Positions 25,255 to 37,299 of a stretch of DNA of 64,000 bases are shown here, piece after piece; position 1 is the first letter of the stretch; each line of letters starts with the position of its first letter. Below the pieces are notes generated by a model. The model was given only the letters and a program-made list of their open reading frames with translations, was not told the DNA's origin and did not search any database. The position numbers and the translations under genes were made by a program. The stretch is taken from NCBI RefSeq assembly GCF_006345805.1, contig NC_042999.1, positions 119,722,001 through 119,786,000 on the forward strand, written 5' to 3'. The stretch is from Octopus sinensis (Eukaryota).

Positions 25255-25850
25255 CACACATGTTCTTTCTTTTTAATTCACCACAACAATGTCCGTTTTC
25301 CGATGTCTGGTCAGGTGATCGCACTGGATCATTACAGCCCACAGGATTTTGCAGTTCTCATTTTCGGTGGCTCCTTCTGGGGTTTGTTCATAGCACGTCT
25401 TTGCTTTTTGTAGGCCGTGATTTCCACAGAGTTCCCAATGGTTCATTCTTGCCACATTGTCATGGCATCGTTTGTGTTCGTGTTGCACCAATTTCGGGCA
25501 TTTACTACTGATGTGCAATACCGCTTCACCTCTCTCACCATACATTTTGCATTTGTCGCTCTCGGTAGTGTTGTCAATTCTGTACTTCATATAATCGGTT
25601 CCTGAGCTCACTCCTCATCTATAGCCACCGGTCTTCTGTAACTATCTTGGCGTCCATATCTCTTGCAAACTGACCGTACATTTTTTCCTTCTATGCATTT
25701 TCTCCTTTTTTTGCTCATTCCTTAGTTACACAACTTTTACCCAATTTTCTTGGAGTGTTTCGACATTAGTTCCACAGCATTTTTTATATACTGTTTTCCT
25801 TTGCTTCGATATATTCCTGGCAAATGATCAAATTTCACAAACCATTATTA
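25255..25850 (-). pseudogene. R4/Dong LINE fragment (post-RT to RLE), degraded
   Basis: KKMYGQFARDM...; DKCKMYGERGEAVLHISSKCPKLVQHEHKRCHDNVARMNHWELC...KILWAVMIQCDHLTRHRKTDIVVV (CCHC, RHD and PDIV-like motifs). Confidence 0.85.
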
Positions 25851-25901
25851 TCATTGTTATTATTATTATTATTATATTATTATTATTATTATTATTATTA
25901 C

Positions 25902-25949
<48 letters not shown>

Positions 25950-25971
25950 ACCCCTTGTGGCCAATAAAAGA

Positions 25972-26028
<57 letters not shown>

Positions 26029-26050
26029 TATTATTATTATTATTATAATG

Positions 26051-26100
<50 letters not shown>

Positions 26101-26116
26101 TATTATTATTATTATT

Positions 26117-26670
26117 GAGTGAGAGAGCAGTGCATGCCATCAAAGTGACACTGGGGTAAAATATACGAAGCCCAATATACCCATCATGACTACCCGTCTG
26201 ATAAGGGTACACCAGGCACATGCATCACAACCATATGTGCGCGACATGGTGATCTCATATCAAGATAAACAGCACATGACCTTGCAGGTGGGGCCCAGTT
26301 AGAATTTTTTCAGGTTGAGTAGCCCATCCCGCTCAAAAAGTCCCTGAATAAGGGTTGTTTAAGGATGTTGAAAGAACCACCCATGTTTCCAGAGGTGAAT
26401 TATTCAAACCCCAAAGAATCCCTCTCGACACATGGCTATGATGCTCCCCACTACTTCTGCTCGTGATCAGAGATGCACATATCGTCAGCCACTAAGGTAC
26501 ATGCTCAACTGGTTAAGGTCAAACAACTGACAAGCAAATCTGTGGTATTGAGCAGAATATTTGCTGTAGCCCATCTTTTATACCAAGACAAAACAATGTA
26601 CATGATAACACTTCGAATCAGTTAAGATCAGAAGCCATGAGAGCCACTGCCTGGTACTGCATCAGGGCAT
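26117..26670 (-). mobile_element. Non-coding ~555-bp interspersed element inserted in (ATT)n, copy 1
   Basis: Bounded by (ATT)n on both sides, no substantial ORF, TIR or tRNA boxes; about 96% identical by eye to 32455-33010. Strand is assumed from Dong-like (TAA)n polarity. Confidence 0.85.
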
Positions 26671-26801
26671 TTATTATTATTATTATCATTATTATTATTA
26701 TCATTATTATTATCATTATTATCATTATTATTATCATTATTATTATTATTATTATTATTATCATTATTATTATATATTATAATTCGTTCTCGTTAGTGCC
26801 C

Positions 26802-26850
<49 letters not shown>

Positions 26851-26871
26851 TTATTATTATTATCATCATCA

Positions 26872-26915
<44 letters not shown>

Positions 26916-26918
<3 letters not shown>

Positions 26919-29900
26919 TAGTTTTATTTTTATAGCGTGCTCTCACTTCACTACCGAGCGCAGCTCTGTGTGCCTTGGGTATGTGCTGTGATTTGTTGTG
27001 ATGCTCTGATGGTTATTGTATGGAAAGTGTTCTGCGTAGGATGTGTGCAGTGCCTAGTAGTGCAATTTTCTGTATGTTATATGTGTTTGTAAGTCCTGGT
27101 GTTTTTGTTATGTATTTGTCTGAATATTTTTTTATCATGCCTAATGCACCTACTATGATAGGAATTGTTTCTGTTTTCAGATTCCACATTCTAGTTACCT
27201 CTATTTCCAGGTCTTTGTATTTTGAGAGTTTCTCCATTTCTTTTAGAGACACGTTGTCATCTGCCGGTATTGATACATCAATTAGAAAGCATTTTTTTCT
27301 TCATGATCTCTGACAACTATATCTGGTCTGTTGGCCTTAATTTCTCTATCTGTGTGTATCGGCATATCCCAGAGTATGGCTGCTTTCTCGTTTTCTGTGA
27401 CCTTTTCTGGTGTGTGCCTATACCATCTTTTTTCTGTTGTTATTCCATAATGTTGGCATAGCTTCCAATGTATGTAGGTTCCAACTCTATCATGTCTGTG
27501 AATATATTCCTTCTTAGCCAGGACTGGGCAGCTAGAGATAATATGATTTATTGTTTCTTGTCCATCTCCACATATTCTGCAGTTACTTGTAATATTTCTT
27601 TTCATTACATGTTTTTGGTAATTTCTGGTGGGGAGGCTTTGGTCTTGTGCTGCAATTAAAAATCCCTCTGTTTCTGCCTTGAGTCATGAGCTTCTCAACC
27701 ATTGCTGGGATTTTTCTTTGTCTATTTCTTTTGCGTTTAGTTTAGTGCAGTATTTACCATGAAGGGGCTTTTCTTGCCATCGTTTTATCATGGTTCGTTG
27801 CTGTTCCATTTTTAGTTTGGATTTCATTTGTTTTATAGCTTTTGTTGTTTCTTCATCATCTTCTCCTTCCTCTTCGTGTTTATTAGGTGGTATGATTTCT
27901 TGTTTGTATTTGTCAGCTTCCTTAAATACTGAGAACAGTTTTTTGTTTTGCTCGTGTTTTGCTGCTATCTGGATCAGTTTTCCTTCCTTCTGAAGTAGAT
28001 ATTTTTGCAGTCCTATGGTGGTTATCTTATAGTAGTTTTCCAGCTGTATAAGGCCTCTACCACCTTCTATACGTTGTATATATAGTCTTTCTATGTCAGA
28101 TTTTGGGTGATGCATCCTAGATCCTGTCATTATTTTTCTTGTTTTCCTATCTATTTTGTACAGTTCATTTCGTGTCCAGTTAAGGATATTGTAGCTGTAA
28201 CTTATAACTGGGACAGCTAAAGTGTTGATACCTATTATCTTGTTTTTAGCATTGAGCTCTGTTTTTAGTATTGATCTAACTCGTCTATAATATTCTTTTT
28301 TTATTTTCTCTTTCATTTGTGTGTGTTGTGTCTTATCTAGTTCATGGATTCCTAAGTATTTGTAAGTTTGGCTTTGGTCTAATTCTTTTATTTCATTGGT
28401 TTTATCTAGTGTGATGTTGTTACTCTTAACTAGTTTTCCTCTTTTCATGGTTACTTTGGCGCATTTTTCTAATCCAAATTTCATATCTATTTCTTTGGTA
28501 AATCCATGAACTGTCTTTAATAGTGTTTCCAGCTGTTTGTCATTTGCAGTGTATAGTTTTAGGTCATCCATATATAAAAGGTGGCTGATCGTTTTGCCGT
28601 AACATTTATATCCGCATCCAGTTCTATTTAGCATATGAGATAGAGGTGACAGTGCCAAGCAGAAAAGGAGTGGAGAGAGCGTGTCTCCCTGAAATATTCC
28701 TCTTCTAATGGGAATGTCTTTGGTTTTCATGAGTCCCTCTTTTGTTTGGAGGTGCAGGACTGTTTGCCATTTATTCATAGAGTGCTCTATGAATTTTATG
28801 ATTGTTGGTGCAACTTTGTTAATGGCTAGTGTTTCGAGGATCCATGTGTGGGGGATGCTATCAAACGCCTTTTTGTAGTCAATCCAGGCCATACTGAGGC
28901 CTTTCTTCTTTCTGTGGCTGTCTTCAGTTACGGCTTTATTAATCATTAGTTGGTGTTTACAGCCATATGAGCCTTTGCGGCATCCTTTCTGCTCTTCTGG
29001 GAACCGTTTGTTTTTGTCCAGGTGCTTGTTCAGCCTTTGCGATATCACTGCAGCAAATGCCTTGAACATAGTAGGGAGGCAGGTTATTGGTCTGTAGTTT
29101 TCTGGTTTTGCTGTTTCATTTGATTTGGGAATTAAGATGGTTTTCCCCTTCGTGAGCCATTCAGGCATTGTCTCTGGCTCTGCTAGTATGCTGTTAAAGT
29201 TTTCAGCCAGCTTTTTGTGCATTCCTGTTAGATATTTCAACCAGAAGTTGGGGATCTTGTCATGCCCAGGTGCCTTCCAGTTGCTTAGTTTTTGCAGTGC
29301 CTGGGTGACCTCTTCAGTTGTTATGGGGGTCCAAAGTTGTTCAGATGCCGAGTTTGTTATTTTGATACTCCTTTGTTTTGGCTGTTCGTTCGCCGACCAT
29401 ATTTCTCTTCAGAATTCTTCCAATTCTTCTGCCGTTGGTGCTGCAGTGACTTCTATTTTATTTTTTCCCAGTTCTTGGTAGAACTTTTTGGGGTTGGAGT
29501 TGAACTTTTTGTTCTGTTCAAAGAAGCGTTGGCGTTTCTCGTACCGGCGGATCCTTTGTGCTTTGGCAAGGATATCTTGCTTCAGCTTTTCTTTTATCTC
29601 CGGCAAATCTTTTTCTGTGATGTTATATTTGCGGAGCATTTTTGTCCTCTTTTTGTTGCTCAGTAGCGTTGATTGTTTGCTGATTTCATTAAGAATCGTC
29701 AGGTCTTTTCTAATTTTTTTTATTTTGTTTTGGATGTTATTTATCCACAGGGTTTGTTTGGGTGGTGGTACTCCTGTTTGGGCGGGTTTGGGTGAGTATC
29801 CAGCTTCTTTTGTGGCTGCAGTGGCTGCTGCGTATATCAAGTCATTTAGTTCAGTGATATCACTTTTTTTTGTTTCAGTGGCTAGTTCAGTGACGGCTAG

Positions 29901-30880
29901 GTTTATGCTGTTTATAATTGGTGTTGTTATTTCGTTTATTTTTATTCTTGGGAGGTATGGTCGGTGGTCCATTTTGGGCTCTGTGGTTTTCAGTTCTTTG
30001 ATTATTTTATTTTTTATATTATCATAATCATTAGGCTCCCCTTCGTTGTTTACATCGTGTTTGTTGGGAATGTTGCGTTTGTCTTCGTGTTTTACAGTTT
30101 CAGTGTTTATATTATTGGCCATTGTTGTGTGGCTTCTATCTACATTTTCCTGGTGTATTTTTTCTTTTAAATGTTCTATTTCTATTTCTGATATTTTTTT
30201 GGCTTTGAGAATGTATCTTCGTACGTTAGCTAATTTATTAGGGTTCATTGCTGTATCCAAGTCTATATCTCTATTATTTTCCTTCCATATTTTATATGTA
30301 TGTGTTGTTGTATTTTCATTTTTTGGGTAGAGCATTGCTGTGAAGTATGCGTGTAAGATAGAAATGTATTCCTCACGTGTCCATTTACGTCTTTTGGTTT
30401 TATTTGCGGGACATGAGGTACAACGTCCGGCCCATTATTTTGACGGTCGTCATTTTCGTAGGGTACCGGTCCGTTTATTTCTGTTGTCACATTATTTCGC
30501 ACATGTAGTTTTTCGTACATTTTTTGTTGTAAGTTTAATGTACGTACCGCTCGATTGTTATTCTTGGGTTGAATAGTATCGGTGGCATTTAATTTCTTCG
30601 TAGTTCCTTTGTACATGGTGTGTTGAGGTCGGGGATGATCGTGATGTTCCACGCATGTTTACATGTGTTGTGTTAGAGGTGGAGATAATGTCGGGTCAAA
30701 ATACATCATTTCGTTTCGAAAATAGTAATAAATTTCAATTAGTATTACTTACTCGGATACAGTCCAATTCTTTGTTAGTAAATCTTTGGCTCCATAGGAT
30801 GTCCTTGTTTTCGATGTTTGTGGATAGATTTCGGAGCTCTGTATTTTCCTTCTTACATCTTAAACGTCCCCGGTGTTCTC
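26916..30880 (-). mobile_element. Full-length R4/Dong-clade non-LTR retrotransposon (~3.97 kb) inserted in (TAA)n
   Basis: 5' UTR from 30880, a single long ORF, ~100-bp 3' UTR ending ...AAAACTACTG-(AAT)n. Flanked by (ATT)n on both sides, the established Dong target type. Confidence 0.95.
27013..30652 (-). pseudogene. R4/Dong ORF: N-terminal KRRKWTREE (Myb-like) region, reverse transcriptase, CCHC knuckle and restriction-like endonuclease
   Basis: NWKAPGHD, ENYRPITCL, EEQKGCR, WIDYKKAFDS, GIFQGDTLSP, HLLYMDDLK (YMDD at 28563-28574), GGRGL, CRICGDGQETINHIISSC, RHDRV, NRPDIVV, LIDVSIP, KLSKYKDL. Interrupted by in-frame TGA at 29409-11 and 27684-86, and by frameshifts near 30410 and 27290. Confidence 0.95.
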
Positions 30881-30932
<52 letters not shown>

Positions 30933-30945
30933 CATTATTATATTA

Positions 30946-30983
<38 letters not shown>

Positions 30984-31011
30984 TTATTATTATTATTATT
31001 ATTATTATTAT

Positions 31012-31700
31012 GGGCACCAACGAGAACGAATTGGCTAGTATGTTCCTTGGTCTGGAAATACTACTGGGGTTTCGAGATAAACTCTACAGGCACGCATGTG
31101 CTATTAGACAGGCTTATCCAGGGTGCACGCTGAGTGACGAAACCTATCTGCACGCTCTCGTTCAGTATCCGGGCATTGCTGACTTGTGAGGTTATGTCGA
31201 ACAGCTGCTGTCACCTGTGGGGATGATCCGTCTGTCGGCCGAGTCTGTAGTGATGATCACCACGCCGCCCTCCTTCAATCGAGCAGGCAAGGCAGTTTTC
31301 CTTTGCGTGGTGGCTGTTGCGAAAGAGGTTATTTGGTGGACGAGGTTAAAACGCATGAGGACAGATACATTCCTCTTTGGTAGTGTTCTTATTGACTTCA
31401 AGTTTCACTTGAAAAGGAAACTGAGAGTGGAGAAGAGGTGCTGTCTTCGAGTGAGCTTATTGAAAGGTGGATGAAAGTTGCAAAAAATGGCAAACGTGGA
31501 TGGTACCTCTCTAAGTGTAGACCTGTGAGTCGAAGAGAAGGAATTGTTGAGGGTACTTGCTCCTGGGGTTTCAGGGAAATCTCGAACATTGGGGTTCCTC
31601 GATTATCCCTACAGGACTTTCTGTATCAGAAGAGCCATTTCTCAAACCTCTGTATGCGTCCTTTCTTTATAAGTATACTTTCTTTCTTCCCTTTTGTTCT
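31012..31700 (+). pseudogene. L1/Tx1-clade LINE ORF2 3' fragment
   Basis: RDKLYRH...YPGCTLSDETYLHALVQYPGIADL*GYVEQLL (decayed CxxC..ET..H....CP..W knuckle), FLCVVAVAKEVIWWTRLK, FKFHLKRKLRVE, ERWMKVA. Confidence 0.7.
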
Positions 31701-31814
31701 TTTTTATCATTTTATTATATGTAAACCTCAACACATTATATCTGTCTTTGTATTGTCCCCCTCATCTTTTGCCCTGGTGACAAATAAAAGAAATCATTAT
31801 TATTATTATTATTA

Positions 31815-32425
31815 GCTTATTGTCTTTGTACAGCTTCTAACGCTGGAGATGTACTTACTAAGGTGTCTGCTGTTCTCGACCAGTTAACTAAGCTAACATC
31901 CCTTATTTTTCAAGCACCTTCTGGAGTATTCGAACAGTTCCAAGCAGTGCTGTTTTCTGCAAGTGCTCCACCCGTATTACAGTCCCTATTTGTCCCACGT
32001 ACTTCTCAAGCTTTTTACTCACTGTTCCCAGGACCCAGACAATTACTGGTGCTACTACCACCTTTTTCATCGACCACAACTACTTAACCTGCCAAGCTAA
32101 CCTGTCATATCTATCGACTTTTCTTCCTTATCGCATACATTGTTGTCAGCTGGGCATGCTATATCTATGAGCCAACACCGTTTGATTTCTTTCTCAGTTA
32201 ACACTATATGTGGTCTCCTATTCTCTATCTCTTGGTAACACTGAATCATAAAATCCCATAGGATCTTTACATTATCATTTTCGATGATGCTTTCAGGTTT
32301 ATGTTCGTATCACTTTTGTTCTGTCAAGTCCCTACTTGTTAAGTGTCCAATGGTCAATCTTTGCTATTTTAGCATGACGTCTCATATTCTTTCTGGGCCA
32401 GTGGCATACATTGACTGGTAATATG
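31815..32425 (-). mobile_element. 5'-truncated R4/Dong copy (RLE and 3' UTR) of a different subfamily
   Basis: PESIIENDNVKILWDFMIQC..IENRRPHIV...CWLIDIACPADNNV...LQKTALLGTVRILQKVLEK*, then a 3' UTR unlike that of 26916-27012, ending in a (TAA)n tail at ~31795-31814. Confidence 0.85.
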
Positions 32426-32454
32426 GCTTTAATATTATTATTATTATTATTATT

Positions 32455-33010
32455 GAGTGAGAGAGCAGTTCATGCCATCAAAGTGACAGTGGGGTAAAAT
32501 ATGCAAAGCCCAATATACCCATCATGACTACCCGTCTGATAAGGGTACACCAGGCACATGCATCACAACCATATGTGCGCGACATTGTGATCTCGTATCA
32601 AGATAAACAGCACATGACCTTGCAGGTGGGGTCCAGTTAGAATTTTCTTCAGGTCGAGTAGCCCATCCCGCTCAAACGGTCCCTGAATAAGGGTTGTTTA
32701 AGGATGTTGAAAGAACCACCCATGTTTCCAGAGGTGAACTATTCAAACCCCAAAGAATCCTTCTCAACACATGGCTATGATGCTTCCCCACTACTTCTGC
32801 TCATGATCAGAGATGCACATATCGTCAGTCACTAAGGGACATGCTCAACTGGTTAAGGTCAAACAACTGACAAGCAAATCTGTGGTATTGAGCAGAATAT
32901 TTGCTGTAGCCCATCTTTTATACCAAGACAAAACAATGTACATGATAACACTTCCAATCAGTTAAGATCAGAAGCCATGAGAGCCACTGCCTGGTACTGC
33001 ATCAGGGCAT
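32455..33010 (-). mobile_element. Non-coding ~555-bp interspersed element inserted in (ATT)n, copy 2
   Basis: Same ends as copy 1 (ATT|GAGTGAGAGAGC ... ATCAGGGCAT), plus a 15-bp duplication TGGTACTGCATCAGG at 33011-33025. Confidence 0.85.
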
Positions 33011-33077
33011 TGGTACTGCATCAGGTATTATTATTATTATTATTATTATTATCATTATTATTATTATTATTGTCATG

Positions 33078-33292
33078 AAGGCAGCGAGCTGGCAGAATCG
33101 TTAGCATTCCGGGCGAAATGCTTAGCAATATTTCCTCCGTCCTTACGTTCTGAATACCTATTCTACCGAGGTCGACTTTACCTTTCACCCTTTCGGGGTC
33201 GGTACGTTAAGCACCAGCTGCGTACTGGGTCGATCTAATCGACTGCCCCCTCCTCACAAATTTTAGGCCTTGTGCCTATAGTAGAAAGGAGC
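33078..33292 (+). mobile_element. SINE family A
   Basis: AAGGCAGCGAGCTGGCAGAATCGTTAGC...GAGGTCGACTTTACCTTTCACCCTTTCGGGGTCG...GGCCTTGTGCCTATAGTAGAAAGG. Confidence 0.85.
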
Positions 33293-34078
33293 ATTATTAT
33301 TATTATTATTATTGTTGTTGTTGTTGTTGTTGTTATTATTATTATTATTATTATCATCATTATGCTCATTGCTGTTGTTTTGCGGCAGTCGTCATTTTGT
33401 CCTCGCTGTTGTTGCTGTAGTTGAGGATGGTATAACTTGCTAACGTCAGTAAAACGTTGTAGAATTTTATCTGGTTTCACTCGATTTTCAAATCAAGTTC
33501 TGCGGGTGTTCCTTTTATCTTTTATCGCCCTCAAATCAAGGGAATTACGCACAGTAATACACTGTGAGCGTTTCAATCAGCTCTACTTCTCCCCCAAACA
33601 TCACCAGCCAGTATTATTCTTTGTCAAAATAAATTATCATCATATATAATACCATTGATACGTTATCACCCTTATCTACCACATTCCCCTTCTCCTCATT
33701 ATAAACAATTGTTATCGTATCTATTACAGAATTTCAGGTGAAATCTAAATAGAAGCATTTTAAATTGTCATGCTGCAGACTGGCTGACCGAGTTCCACAT
33801 CATGAACATTTTGCTCTTCACATTCTCTTCTAGTGCATAGTAACACACAAGTGATGATAACTCTACACTTCCGATATTTCTTTCAGTTGCGTCTAATGAT
33901 AGTCATAAGTTAACGAGTCGATAAAATTAGATGCGAAACCAGTCCATCCTAACTAATGGGCCTTTAATTGAGTGCTACTATGCGGTGAGCAATACCACAC
34001 ACGCACACACACAAATACACACACATATACATACATACATACATACATATATTTATGTATATATATATATATCAGAGA

Positions 34079-34147
<69 letters not shown>

Positions 34148-34148
34148 C

Positions 34149-34183
<35 letters not shown>

Positions 34184-34195
34184 TATATATATATC

Positions 34196-34256
<61 letters not shown>

Positions 34257-35030
34257 TACATATATACGTACATACGCACACACGTGCATATTTTCATACC
34301 ATGCATACATATACATATATACATCCACGCACATACACATACACGTATGATAAAAGAGCAAAACAAATTAAAATCAATCAATTTCTACTGTAGAAAAAAG
34401 TAGGCTCTTGAATTCAGTGGAGGAAAAGGAGGTTATAAAAATTGCGAAAGAAAGAAAGAAAGTAAAATAAGAAATATGAAATTAAAATATAAAGTAAATT
34501 GCAATTCAGAAGCTTGAAGTATAAGAAATAGGAATTCTAATTCTAAAAGAAAATATTCAAATTAAGAATGACAAAGAAATATTCCAAAACCTGGAACGCA
34601 TTAATGATACACATACACATACATATATGCGTGTATATACATACATATGGATACATATGTGTCTGTGTGTATATATATATATGTATATATGCATAGACAC
34701 ACATATACGTATATGGAAGTCACTTTTCCACATGTGTGATAAATATAATGGTTTGTTACTGCACTTTCTATTTGTTTTATATATCATATTGTTGTATTAT
34801 CAATATCAATGGCGCAATCGTCATGTTTCAGAATAATTTTTTCTGTATGGTAATAATTGCTCATGTATCAGAGAAGAATTCTTTGCGAAATTTCAATCTA
34901 CATATACGTAAAGAATGACCAAAGATCAATGCTTAAATTGACCTGAAATCTAGGTTCAAATGCGTCAGATATTTCGTATTTTCTTCTGCATGAACAACAT
35001 TGTATATCTAATTCATTCAAGTCCAAATTA

Positions 35031-35245
35031 CGAGGGGTACGGAAAAGTTCCTGGCTTTGGGTAACAAAAATACAGGAAGATCAGTTAATTATAAGTTTAT
35101 TCAACATATTCCCTTCTCAAATTCATACACTTATTGAAGCGGTCCTTCAGTTTTTCTAAATCCTGTAAAAGAACTCGGAAGGTTGAGTCTCCAGTCAGAC
35201 CTTTCGAGATACTCTTAAAGCCAGGAACTTTTCAGCACGACTTCG
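35031..35245. mobile_element. mariner-derived MITE (215 bp), TA TSD
   Basis: TA|CGAGGGGTACGGAAAAGTTCCTGGCTTT ... AAAGCCAGGAACTTTTCAGCACGACTTCG|TA. Confidence 0.75.
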
Positions 35246-35339
35246 TATTTGAGAAATTCATTTTCTGTAGTGAGGAAGTAAAAGATAGATAGCTCATTAA
35301 CAAAATTTCTCATTAGTGTTAATAAAAGACCTGAAATTT

Positions 35340-35465
35340 CCGTAGACGCTGCTAGTCGATTACATCGACCGCAAAATGGTGAAGGCGAAGTCAACATTGG
35401 CAGAATTTGAACTTACAACGTATGGACGGATGATATGCCGATAAGCATTTTGTCCGAAATACTAA
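35340..35465 (-). mobile_element. SINE family A fragment
   Basis: GTCGATTACATCGACC...GGCAGAATTTGAACTTACAACGTA...CCGAAATACTAACGATTC. Confidence 0.6.
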
Positions 35466-35510
35466 CGATTCATAGTAATAATAATAATAATAACAATAAT
35501 AATAATAATA

Positions 35511-35690
35511 GACCTGGAAATAGAGGTAACTCAAATGGGGAGTCTAAACCTGGAAACAGAGTAACACGAATGTGGAGTCTAAAAACAGAAACAATTGCAA
35601 TCATAATAGGTGCATTAGGTATGATAAAAATTATGCAGACAAATACATAACAAAAACATCAGGAATAACAATTACATATATATATCATAC
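35511..35690 (+). pseudogene. R4/Dong C-terminal fragment following (AAT)n
   Basis: DLEIEVT..; VTRMWSLKTETIAIIIGALGMIK, close to the 27013-27250 end of the full-length element. Confidence 0.8.
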
Positions 35691-35721
35691 AAACTCGTTT
35701 GTTCCTGAAACCCTTGTCTCA

Positions 35722-35925
35722 TACTAGTTTCAAATTTTGGCGCTAGGCCAGCAGGTTTAGGTGAGCAGGTAAGTCGATTACATCGACCCCAGTGCTCAAC
35801 TGATACTTATTTTATCGACACCGAAAAGATGAAAGGTAAAGTTGATCTCACTGGAGTTTGAACTCATAACGTAAAGACGAACGAATTGCTCGGCGTTCTA
35901 ACGATTCTGCCAGCTCGAGGCCTTA
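35722..35925 (-). mobile_element. SINE family A
   Basis: TAGTTTCAAATTTTGGCGCTAGGCCAGC...TTTTATCGACACCGAAAAGATGAAAGG...TTTGAACTCATAACG...AACGATTCTGCCAGCTCG. Confidence 0.8.
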
Positions 35926-37299
35926 ACCCTGTTCTCGTATTACAGCCTGTATACAGTATCAGCGTGCATTTATGTTGAATTACTGTCGACTAATAACATG
36001 ATGAGCCCGAAGGTTTTTTGGAATGTTCAAAATGCATTGCCTTTACGTTTGTTAAAACATCTTCCCTGAGTAGGTATAAATTATCTATTTAATATTTCAT
36101 ATACTTCTGCTGCTGTTTTCATCAGAATTCCATATGTTGCTGACTTTTAGACAAGCGCCTTCATCTTATCGCCTCCAGAATGAAAATACACACTACTAAT
36201 CTCCCAACAAAGCTCCTTCTAATAGGGATTATGCCTTATCCGATTACTTTAATTATTCTATAAATATTTTCCCTTGCGCGATTAGATTGCTCCCCCCCCC
36301 CAAAAAAAAAAATGATTAATTTAGACGTAATTGTGAATTTGATATTACGTCTCATAATTCTGTTGTGATTAGTTTCTCTTGTTTCTGCCTTACTTTCAAC
36401 TGTATTTCTTTACTACTCAACCATATTACGGTCCAAGGGTATTCATGCTAATGCACATCGTGTGAGAGTAGATGTTTTGCTGCCAACCTTTTTATAAATG
36501 TGATTGCTGTTCTCGTGCATATTGTTGCCGGAATAACCATTGTCACTGCTGCTGTCGTTGTTGTTTGCTTGTTTATGCTAGTGTCAGCGTAGGAAGGGCG
36601 ATGTCGATGTTGAAGTTATTATCAAAGGTGTTTATATTACTATTATCGATTTTGTTCTAACTAATGTCATTATCATTCATGTAAGTTTAGTTACGGCTCT
36701 TTATGTTCTGACCTTAAATCCTCCTGGATTCAACATTGCTTTTCATCCTTTTAGAGACGTTGATAAAGTGGTTGCAATTGACTACACCCTTTCCCAATTT
36801 TCGTCATGATGTTATAGATCCCAATAATAATGAGCTATAACAACAGATTCTATGACAACAACAACAACAATACTAATAGTAACAACTGGCATTTTATTAA
36901 TCAGCTAAATATGTGGCTTATACCTGTTTTATCGGCCTTGGAGGGATGAAAGGTAAAGTCCTCGATTTCTGCTTCTCCACAACAACAACAATAAGAGTAG
37001 CAACAGCAGCAGCAGCAGTAGCAACAACAACAATAATAATAACAATAATTATACACAATATCAATATTACAATATCTATATATATAAAACACCTCTCAGA
37101 AAAATATACACTGAAAATAAAATAGCCTCTCACACATAAAATAGATAACGTATCATAAATCGTTGAACGTATCACAGCAGATCCCACCGTACACACACAT
37201 AAACCACTAGAAAAGAAAGAAAGCAGAATAACGGAAGTGTCTATATAAATACGATATATTAACCTTCAAAACAGTGAAAATCCAACAGAATCCACCACA

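Noticed and set aside
26300-26670. HDV-like ribozyme or C/D-box RNA in the 5' part of the 555-bp element
   Set aside because: Manual folding gave partial P1/P2/P3 candidates but no P1.1 and no C-containing J4/2; CTGATGC and CTGA are too short to call C/D boxes. Needs a computational motif search.
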